Below are positions 57,973 to 64,000 of a DNA stretch of 64,000 nucleotides, one piece after another. Below the pieces are notes generated by a model. The model had not been told where the DNA came from and did no database searches. It worked only from the letters and a program-made list of their open reading frames with translations. Origin of the DNA: an uncultured Alphaproteobacteria bacterium. GTDB taxonomy: Bacteria > Pseudomonadota > Alphaproteobacteria > Sphingomonadales > Sphingomonadaceae. A program made the position numbers and the translations under genes. The DNA lies in the NCBI GenBank assembly GCA_963730925.1, contig CAVSTS010000008.1, positions 121,457-185,456 of the forward strand, read 5' to 3'. Numbering within the stretch: position 1 is the stretch's first letter; each line of letters begins with the position of its first letter.

Positions 57973-58335
57973 ATGACATACCGCCATTTGCGACGCCGTC
58001 TGCAAGCGATAGTCGATGCTGCCTTCGACGAATTGGATTCGCACTTCGGAGGCGATCCGGAAACCGCCGTGGAGCGACTTCCGGAGCCGCTTAATTCTGA
58101 AGAACACGCCTCGTACGCTGAGTGTATGTTCGCCGCCATGGGCATCCGGGGGGTAGCCGCAAGCACCAACAAAGTTTTACGGAGTCTGGACCGCGATCGA
58201 TCAGGCATTGCGGAGGGTAGCAGCGCGGAGAAATCGTACGCACGAATAGTGGAGTTCGCTGAGCGTACCCTTGAGACAGAGATGGCGAGATTCCGGCTGG
58301 CAGTTGAGCGGTATGAGAACACTAGAACTAACTAA
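57973..58335 (+). CDS. Hypothetical protein (120 aa)
   Basis: Coding-like composition. No recognised motif. Confidence 0.4.
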   Translation: MTYRHLRRRLQAIVDAAFDELDSHFGGDPETAVERLPEPLNSEEHASYAECMFAAMGIRGVAASTNKVLRSLDRDRSGIAEGSSAEKSYARIVEFAERTLETEMARFRLAVERYENTRTN

Positions 58336-58365
58336 CCTCCACGCGGCGCCCATACGCTCGGCCTT

Positions 58366-58393
58366 ACGTCCGCTTTCCACCCAAAGCAGACAT
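58366..58393 (+). repeat. 28-nt hairpin element, copy R8
   Basis: ACGTCCGC TTTCCACCCAAA GCAGACAT. Confidence 0.7.
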
Positions 58394-58407
58394 TGGGGGC
58401 CGAGTGA

Positions 58408-58908
58408 CTAGGTTATCTGCCGAATTATGCCTTCAGACCGAGCCACCGTTAGTCCGAGCTTTCGGATGGTCAGCTTCATTCGGGCCGATTTACCGTCAGG
58501 AAGCGGCGTGAGCCATTGTTCGGCTGACAAGCCGCCCTTCATCCTGAACTGGAACCGAAAGCGGCCCCCCACTTCCTCGATCCTAACCGGCCCACTCGCC
58601 TCAGTCATAGTCCCCGCATAGCGCCCCGGAGCGACCTGCCGTATTTCCCAGCGGCGGTCGTGTGGCGGACGGCCTTCGTCCTCAACTCTTTGCACAAGAT
58701 AAAGCGATCCATCACGCCTGATCAGCCCGCGACCAATGCTTCGTGTTCTAAAGGCCTTCTTCATGGCCACTTTCATGGTACTCACCGCGACTGTGCTGCC
58801 TTGGAAGAAGCGTAGAGGATCGCGCACCCGTCCGCTCCCCGCAGCACTTGATGTCAGTGCTGTGGCTACCAGGGCCATTGCGATCGCCGGTGTCCCTAGG
58901 TGCGTCAT
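58408..58908 (-). CDS. DUF3833-like protein
   Basis: GGGAGG RBS, start MTHLGTPAIAMAL, and the FFQGSTVA...RRWEIRQVAPGRYAGT pattern reminiscent of DUF3833. Confidence 0.55.
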   Translation of the reverse strand: MTHLGTPAIAMALVATALTSSAAGSGRVRDPLRFFQGSTVAVSTMKVAMKKAFRTRSIGRGLIRRDGSLYLVQRVEDEGRPPHDRRWEIRQVAPGRYAGTMTEASGPVRIEEVGGRFRFQFRMKGGLSAEQWLTPLPDGKSARMKLTIRKLGLTVARSEGIIRQIT

Positions 58909-58916
58909 GACCTCCC

Positions 58917-59144
58917 TTAACCCATGCGCAGCGGCTGACGATGCGCTCTTAGGGACGGACGCCGCTTGCGCGTGACCAGGTATCGAGTGACGAGCGCTAT
59001 AATCGTGAGTCCAATTCCAACGTATGCTGGCCACAACACGGCACCCGAGATCGCAAGCGCAGCTCCTCCAGACAACGTTAGTAGGCCGATTAGAGCCAAA
59101 GCGTCGAGGCCAAACAAAATGGCCGGCTCCTCTCCCAGACCCAT
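58917..59144 (-). CDS. Small two-TM membrane protein (75 aa)
   Basis: Two hydrophobic helices followed by a basic tail. Ends 9 nt before the DUF3833 start. Confidence 0.45.
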   Translation of the reverse strand: MGLGEEPAILFGLDALALIGLLTLSGGAALAISGAVLWPAYVGIGLTIIALVTRYLVTRKRRPSLRAHRQPLRMG

Positions 59145-59195
59145 ATGAACTCAACGCGGCGGGAGCCGGTTGAATTTCAGCCGGTTGTTGGCCGC

Positions 59196-59978
59196 TTATC
59201 GCTTCACCATAAAGGTGTAAGTCAATCCGACCCCGGCTGACAGCTGGTTCTTCGAGCCGAACTCGCGCACGATCGGTGACTTCGCAGCGCCGCTTACGAG
59301 CCGCTCGTAGCGACCAAAGCCAAAAAGACCCCAATCGCGGCTGAACTGGTAGGTCAAGCCGCTCGTCGCAGCTATGGCGTGCAACCCACCGTCCGGCCGG
59401 TATGCTTGGAGCCCTGACGCGGCGGATGCCTCTGGACTTACACCGAACCACTCACGCTGATATCGCGCGTCGGAGACAAGCAAACGCGGACCGATCGAGA
59501 CCACGTAGCGGTCTCCATCGCGCCACACATGATCAGCCCCGAGGCTCGCGACCAGTCCCTCATGCCCGCCAACTCCTTTGCGTATCTCGCCGCGCAAGCG
59601 AATCGAGTCGCTCACCTGGTATTGCGCAAAAGCCCCAGCTTCGAAGGTTCTCGGCACCTTGCCGACCTGGGCGCCGACTTCAGAATCGTTGCGACGGCTC
59701 TGGATGTTGGCAACGGGTCCGATCGAAAAGCCGCCGCTGGAGAGCAATTTGATGTCGAAGTTATCGTCCGGCGCCTCGAAGTCGAAGGGCCCCGAGTCTC
59801 GCTTGATCGCCAGGTCCCAGAGCGGAGCCCACTCGCGTCCGTCGGCACCAATATATTCGGGTCGGACTTGGGCGCCGAGGCCCACGCGCACACGGATGCT
59901 GTGGTCACCATCCTGAGCCATCGCCGCGTTAAGCGGGAGCAGGAGAACCCCCGACGCAAACACCCAGAAAATCTTCAT
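59196..59978 (-). CDS. MipA/OmpV family outer-membrane protein
   Basis: Start at MKIFWVFASGVLLLPLNAAMAQ (signal peptide), beta-strand-rich, C-terminal LTYTF motif. Confidence 0.75.
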   Translation of the reverse strand: MKIFWVFASGVLLLPLNAAMAQDGDHSIRVRVGLGAQVRPEYIGADGREWAPLWDLAIKRDSGPFDFEAPDDNFDIKLLSSGGFSIGPVANIQSRRNDSEVGAQVGKVPRTFEAGAFAQYQVSDSIRLRGEIRKGVGGHEGLVASLGADHVWRDGDRYVVSIGPRLLVSDARYQREWFGVSPEASAASGLQAYRPDGGLHAIAATSGLTYQFSRDWGLFGFGRYERLVSGAAKSPIVREFGSKNQLSAGVGLTYTFMVKR

Positions 59979-60046
59979 CCGCGTGTTAACAGCGGCAGCC
60001 GCACTTTGTTGCACGGCCATCCAGGCCCACTTCGACAGACCATCGC

Positions 60047-60074
60047 AATGTCCGTTTTCCACCCAAATCGGACA
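60047..60074 (+). repeat. 28-nt hairpin element, copy R9
   Basis: ATGTCCGT TTTCCACCCAAA TCGGACAT. Confidence 0.75.
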
Positions 60075-60239
60075 TTTGATGCTCAGCCAGAAGCCAGACT
60101 ATAAGTCCCCACGAGCGCCAGTGCGAACGCACAGTTCCGGCACATCTCAACAGGAGTGAGGCTTTGGAATCAAAAGCCCGTTTCTTTGATCAAGATTAAC
60201 GCGTAAGGGTATTCTACAGCTCAGACATCGGAGGGACCG

Positions 60240-61253
60240 ATGGCGATTCTCGCGGAGCTTTACGTGGCAACCCGCACCCGCAACACCGCGGATGCCGACA
60301 CCGAGAACCTTCCCGTCCTCGTCGTTAAGCGCGACGATGATGTGGTCTTCACCAAACCGCTGTTCGGCGGCGCGTTTCGAACGGCCCGCGGCTCAGGCGC
60401 CGTATGGCGGTTCGACGTGAGCAACGTGAACCTCAATTCTGCCGATCTCAGATTCGAACTCTGGGCTAGCGGCGACGATGCCTGGTCGCCCGAACATGTG
60501 ATCGCCTGGGGTATCTCCGGCCGTGTCGGCGATGAGCGCGTGATCCCCTTGGCGGCTTTCCTCGATCTCGCCAGCCCAGTCACTCCGGAGGGGAGCGGTG
60601 TGTGGATCAGCGGCGACACGAGCGAGGGAGAACGAGTCCTCTTTATCCCTTCAGTCGGTCGCGGCCTTGACGGCACCCGCGCCCGCCGCGTGATCGTCAT
60701 CAGCGCGACCGATCCATATGGGGCGATGTTTCCGGGCGGGGTCGGCCCGGGCGGCGACTTCGGCGACACTGGGACGGTCGGTCCGGTTACTCTCCAGGCT
60801 GGCGCCGCCGGGCGCCTCATGCTGAGCTACACGCTTCCCGCGACCCCCCAGGGAGATCTCGGCCATGGTCAAGGCGCGTTCTACATCGTCGACCTCGCAG
60901 CGCCGTTCAGCCGCGCCGATCTCGAGGGCGGGGCGTTCACGCTCACAATCGAATCCGAGGATTGGTGGACACCGGACTATTTCGCCGTCTTCGGCGCGGA
61001 TACCGCCAACTTTGGGCCGAACGCCCTGATACCCTTCGTCGCCGCATCGGCATTCGAGCTGCGTCAGATGAGCAGCGATCCAAGCGAGGGCTGGCACAGC
61101 ATGGTGTTGCCGACGGCAAAGGTGCTGCCGCAACGCCGCTTCCCGCCGGATGTCGACATCGATGACTTTGAAGGCGTGCTGGCTGCTAAGGGGCCCCACG
61201 ACGACGACCAGCAACCGCTGCCGGAGGACCGCGAGGTGAAGTCAGAAACCTGA
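60240..61253 (+). CDS. Hypothetical protein with two PLAT/LH2-like repeats and an acidic tail
   Basis: 337 aa. Internal repeat: LYVATRTRNTADADTENLPVLVV...DDAWSPEHVIAWG versus VIVISATDPYG...DWWTPDYFAVFG. No signal peptide. Confidence 0.55.
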   Translation: MAILAELYVATRTRNTADADTENLPVLVVKRDDDVVFTKPLFGGAFRTARGSGAVWRFDVSNVNLNSADLRFELWASGDDAWSPEHVIAWGISGRVGDERVIPLAAFLDLASPVTPEGSGVWISGDTSEGERVLFIPSVGRGLDGTRARRVIVISATDPYGAMFPGGVGPGGDFGDTGTVGPVTLQAGAAGRLMLSYTLPATPQGDLGHGQGAFYIVDLAAPFSRADLEGGAFTLTIESEDWWTPDYFAVFGADTANFGPNALIPFVAASAFELRQMSSDPSEGWHSMVLPTAKVLPQRRFPPDVDIDDFEGVLAAKGPHDDDQQPLPEDREVKSET

Positions 61254-61347
61254 GCGCATTTGCGGTGAGATCCTCGGCTCTGTCACTGTTGCGCTTGCGA
61301 CATCCCGATTAGAAGTCAGCTTGCGGGTCTTAAATGGGAGTCAGCAA

Positions 61348-61824
61348 ATGCAATGGTCGTCCGCTGTACTTGTCGCTCTCGCTCTTTCCGCTTGCGAAAA
61401 GGCGTCAACGCCAAGTCCTCCCATCACAGCCGCCGAAGCCACACGGATCGCTGAGCGCGCGGAGTCGACCTTCACCAAGGGTGATGTCAAAGCGATCATG
61501 TCGCAATACGCAAACGACGCCGTGATGATCGACGCCGGCTCGCCCGATCCAAGCACCGATCGCAAGGTGCAGTCCGGATGGGCGCAAACCTTCGTCAGCA
61601 TGCGGCCAGCCGACTACAAGGTGGTCGATCGTCGTATCCAGCTGCTGGGGGGCGACGCTTTTGTCAGCTCAGGGATCGAAACCTTCACCGTCGCGGCCGG
61701 AGCTGCTCGGCCCACCGTTAGTGCTCGCTTCACTGACGTATTTCAGCGCCAAAAGGACGGCAGCTGGAAGATCGTCAATGAGCACGTCTCAATGCCGCCA
61801 GAGCGACTAAGCACCGCCCACTGA
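61348..61824 (+). CDS. SnoaL/DUF4440-like lipoprotein
   Basis: GGGAG RBS, lipobox LALSAC, and the SWKIVNEHVS C-terminal pattern of the NTF2-like fold. Confidence 0.6.
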   Translation: MQWSSAVLVALALSACEKASTPSPPITAAEATRIAERAESTFTKGDVKAIMSQYANDAVMIDAGSPDPSTDRKVQSGWAQTFVSMRPADYKVVDRRIQLLGGDAFVSSGIETFTVAAGAARPTVSARFTDVFQRQKDGSWKIVNEHVSMPPERLSTAH

Positions 61825-61855
61825 GACAGAGGAGCGGGATCCAGGCGTGATGCCT

Positions 61856-61883
61856 GCGTCCGTTTTCGACCCATTGCAGACAC
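61856..61883 (+). repeat. 28-nt hairpin element, copy R10 (degenerate)
   Basis: GCGTCCGT TTTCGACCCATT GCAGACAC. Confidence 0.55.
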
Positions 61884-61893
61884 AAGCGACCGC

Positions 61894-62085
61894 TTAGTGG
61901 GCAGCGAGCCACGCATCGCTGCAGAGCAGAATGAGTTCTCTTCTCGCGCTCGGCTCAGTCAGATGACCTTCCACGACTTCTCGGTCGTGCGGAGGCAGAC
62001 GGCGGATGATTTCCGAAACGCTGCGGCACTGACCGGATCTGGCCAGCTCAAACGCCCGGTCGATGGCCGATCCCTTCGTCATCAT
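61894..62085 (-). CDS. Small hypothetical protein (63 aa)
   Basis: GGAGGG RBS. MMTKGSAIDRAFELARSGQCRSVSEIIRRL resembles small conserved alphaproteobacterial proteins. Confidence 0.5.
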   Translation of the reverse strand: MMTKGSAIDRAFELARSGQCRSVSEIIRRLPPHDREVVEGHLTEPSARRELILLCSDAWLAAH

Positions 62086-62155
62086 CCCTCCGTGGGTGAC
62101 CGACTGTTTTGCGTTGGGGATGTGTGCTTTTATGAGGAGACCCATCCCCGGGGCG

Positions 62156-62809
62156 TTATTCCTGATTTTCGTCGGTTTCGTCGTTAGCTTGTTCGTCTGC
62201 ACCACCAGCGTGCCCCGCAACAGTGTCTGCATCGGGCTCTTCTTCCGTGACGTTGGCCTCGACCTGTTGTTCCGTGAAGTCGGCCTCGGCAGTCTCTTCC
62301 TTCTCGACTAGTCCCGCCGGGTCGTTCGCTTCCGCAACCGACGTGAGCGCGCGCGGGACTGCGACCCGCTGGGGGTCAAATGGCGGCAGGACATCAGCCG
62401 CTTTGGCTGGCGCAGGACCGCCAACACCCCAATCGACATTCATGTTTGCGGCCGTGACGTTCTCGGCCCTAGTGACGTTCCGTGGCGCGGAAGCAGGGAG
62501 CCGGATCAGAGTGTAGACGCTGCTTCCAGATAAGAAGACGAGGAGCACGATCAACGCCCAATCCCGAGCGGGCCATTTCTGCAGCCGCCTCGGAAACAGC
62601 AGCCAGGCGGCAAGCCCGCATAAGATCAGCGTCCCGATCGCCCCGTTGCGCTTGAACGTGACAATCGTCGCTCGAAGATGCTCAGTCCCTTTGACTACCG
62701 TTTCACCATGCGGGCTCATCATCAGACCGATGCCCCACGTCATCACGGTCGCGAGCAGCAGAAGCGCGCCTAAAAAAATTCGGGCACGGCCAATTCCGCG
62801 ATTTTTCAC
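62156..62809 (-). CDS. Membrane protein with an acidic C-terminal tail
   Basis: Three or four TM segments followed by a D/E-rich tail. The GTG start at 62809 is a guess. The longer ORF runs through hairpin R11. Confidence 0.4.
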   Translation of the reverse strand: MKNRGIGRARIFLGALLLLATVMTWGIGLMMSPHGETVVKGTEHLRATIVTFKRNGAIGTLILCGLAAWLLFPRRLQKWPARDWALIVLLVFLSGSSVYTLIRLPASAPRNVTRAENVTAANMNVDWGVGGPAPAKAADVLPPFDPQRVAVPRALTSVAEANDPAGLVEKEETAEADFTEQQVEANVTEEEPDADTVAGHAGGADEQANDETDENQE

Positions 62810-62911
62810 ATCTGCCCTCGCTAGCGGCACTTTTCTGAAAGATCCTTCTGATGGAGGTCGACCTGTCCGGAGGAAGACTTGCCACCCGAGTCTGGTTCCC
62901 TCAGTCACTTC

Positions 62912-62939
62912 ATGTCCGCTTTCCACCCATTTCCGACAT
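62912..62939 (+). repeat. 28-nt hairpin element, copy R11
   Basis: ATGTCCGC TTTCCACCCATT TCCGACAT. Confidence 0.7.
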
Positions 62940-63191
62940 TGGCCGCTCAGGTCTCTTTCGACCATTGTGAACATAACGGTCTTAGCGGGTAAGCAGTTCT
63001 GGCGAAGAGCCTGCCCCTTAACAACGCTCTTCGAGGCGGGCCCCGCATATCACTCGCTTTGGTTTGTGCTCGAAGAGCCCGAGGGCCGGGCAACGACTCA
63101 CGCCGCCCCCGTAACGAACAACTAAATTCGTTGAACAAATGAGCGCATTATAGACGATTAAGTGAATGATCCGGCGTTGGGGGGCGAACCC

Positions 63192-64000
63192 ATGATCAGT
63201 CCGGTCAAATCGCGTCCGACCCATTACGACAATTTAGGCCTCACGCCGGCAGCTACACCCGACGAGATTGCGGAAGCATTCGCCAAACGGATCCACATAA
63301 GCATCACAAGTCCCGAAGAAGCAGTCGAGCACGCCGAGAGAATCTATATTGCATACGAGACGCTGCGAGATCCGATCAGCCGCAGCGCCTATGATGCGGC
63401 GATCGGGCTTTGGGATCAGCAAGCTGCGGCAGAGCGCGAAGTAAAACCATTCATCGGTGCCGGCGCACGCGAGTCGCCTGAGCACGAACTTTATGTCGCC
63501 TCACCGGGTCACACACCCAACCCAACAAAAAGGGGTCGGAGGCAGGCAAGGCGAGCCACCAAAGCAGCAATTGAGTGGCCAGTCCCAAAAGCGAAGACCA
63601 TCGGCGAGCCAGCAGTGACTCAGGTTGCCGGTAGCGATCGCGGAACGGCAGGTGGCCCACTCGGACCAACAAAGAAGGCCCGGCGGCAGGCACGGCACGG
63701 CAATCGACCAACGATTGGTCGCGAAGCACATGCTGCTCTCGAACAAACTAGTACAGCTAAGACGCCTGCGATCGAACCAATCGCGCAAAAACTTCGCAGC
63801 GACGCACACCACGGCACCAACCAGGCAAGACCAGGTCCTGCAAGTCACCGGCCTGCAATCAACCGAAACTCCGTGGGAGCACGAGCCGGTGTCATGATCG
63901 TGGCCTTTGGGGTTCTGATTATGGCCGTGGGACTGGTGAGAGGAAATCATGATCAAACGCACACTGCGCCTCCTCAGCCGATTGCAATCGACGGGCAGAC
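63192..64000 (+). CDS. J-domain-like membrane protein, 3' end outside the window
   Basis: Open frame from ATG 63192 to the window end, which is why it is absent from the ORF track. N-terminus HYDNLGLTPAATPDEIAEAFAKRI...YIAYETLRDPISRSAYD has J-domain shape but no HPD. A TM segment VMIVAFGVLIMAVGLV lies near the end. Confidence 0.5.
   Translation, partial: MISPVKSRPTHYDNLGLTPAATPDEIAEAFAKRIHISITSPEEAVEHAERIYIAYETLRDPISRSAYDAAIGLWDQQAAAEREVKPFIGAGARESPEHELYVASPGHTPNPTKRGRRQARRATKAAIEWPVPKAKTIGEPAVTQVAGSDRGTAGGPLGPTKKARRQARHGNRPTIGREAHAALEQTSTAKTPAIEPIAQKLRSDAHHGTNQARPGPASHRPAINRNSVGARAGVMIVAFGVLIMAVGLVRGNHDQTHTAPPQPIAIDGQ

Larger units (their letters stand above)
49163..64000. mobile_element. 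Accessory, genomic-island-like mosaic with a prophage remnant at its left edge; right end not in window
   Basis: Abrupt change after GH16 to a truncated methyltransferase, DUF5681 genes, decayed fragments, many short unrelated genes on both strands, lower GC by eye, and dense hairpin repeats. No integrase is visible. Confidence 0.55.

Noticed and set aside
57663-58322. N-terminal 220 residues of the 288-aa ORF ending in CspA
   Set aside because: S/R/A-rich nonsense that runs through hairpin R7 and overlaps the 120-aa + strand gene. CspA has its own ATG at 57662.
58909-59451. N-terminal extension of the DUF3833-like ORF (347 aa version)
   Set aside because: It overlaps the small TM gene and the 3' end of mipA in another frame. 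A strong GGGAGG RBS precedes the internal ATG at 58908.
50978-62939. Hairpin repeats as a CRISPR array, integron attC sites or Rho-independent terminators
   Set aside because: Spacing is irregular (0.1-2 kb) and the intervals contain whole genes, so this is not CRISPR. There are no RYYYAAC/GTTRRRY core sites and no intI, so these are not classical attC sites. No U-tract follows the stem, and copies occur in promoter regions as well as at gene ends, so they are not simple terminators.

Overview
This is a high-GC alphaproteobacterial chromosome window. Gene content and repeat types look sphingomonad-like, but that is inference; no database search was possible and all product names come from motifs read in the supplied translations.

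Positions 1-49.2 kb are mostly core genes:
- tRNA-Pro, followed by an orphan mreB that is bracketed by a second copy of the tRNA 3' half.
- lldD, a TetR regulator and a frameshifted DUF2339 membrane protein.
- Class II aldolase, maiA, a thioesterase and oligopeptidase B.
- An MBOAT acyltransferase with a membrane-anchored partner.
- pepP, tRNA-Thr, ltaE, an EamA transporter and two paralogous Cys-containing lipoproteins.
- hmgA-fahA.
- An orphan type I secretion module with the unusual order HlyD-ABC-HlyD.
- A LacI pseudogene divergent from an SSS symporter-zwf-edd-glk-eda Entner-Doudoroff operon.
- GH20 and a beta-glucan utilisation locus: LacI, TonB-dependent receptor, GH3, tryptophan-halogenase-like flavoprotein, GH30, MFS, GH16.

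From 49.2 kb to the window end the sequence is a visibly lower-GC accessory mosaic. It starts with a 270-bp non-coding junction holding seven AACAGG/CCTGTT hexamers. A truncated DNA methyltransferase and two DUF5681 phage-type genes follow. The rest is a PAS hybrid histidine kinase, many small envelope or stress genes (cupin, lipoproteins, CspA, DUF3833, MipA, SnoaL-like, a tandem PLAT-like protein) and decayed fragments.

The most striking unexplained signal is a 28-nt hairpin element, ATGTCCGC-TTTCCACCCAWW-GCGGACAT. It is present 12 times. Ten copies lie at 50.9-62.9 kb, all in the same orientation and sitting between gene modules.

Several frame disruptions sit at or near short homopolymer runs (LacI, DUF5681, PilZ); the DUF2339 site is not localised to a run. 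These could be real decay or assembly indel errors.
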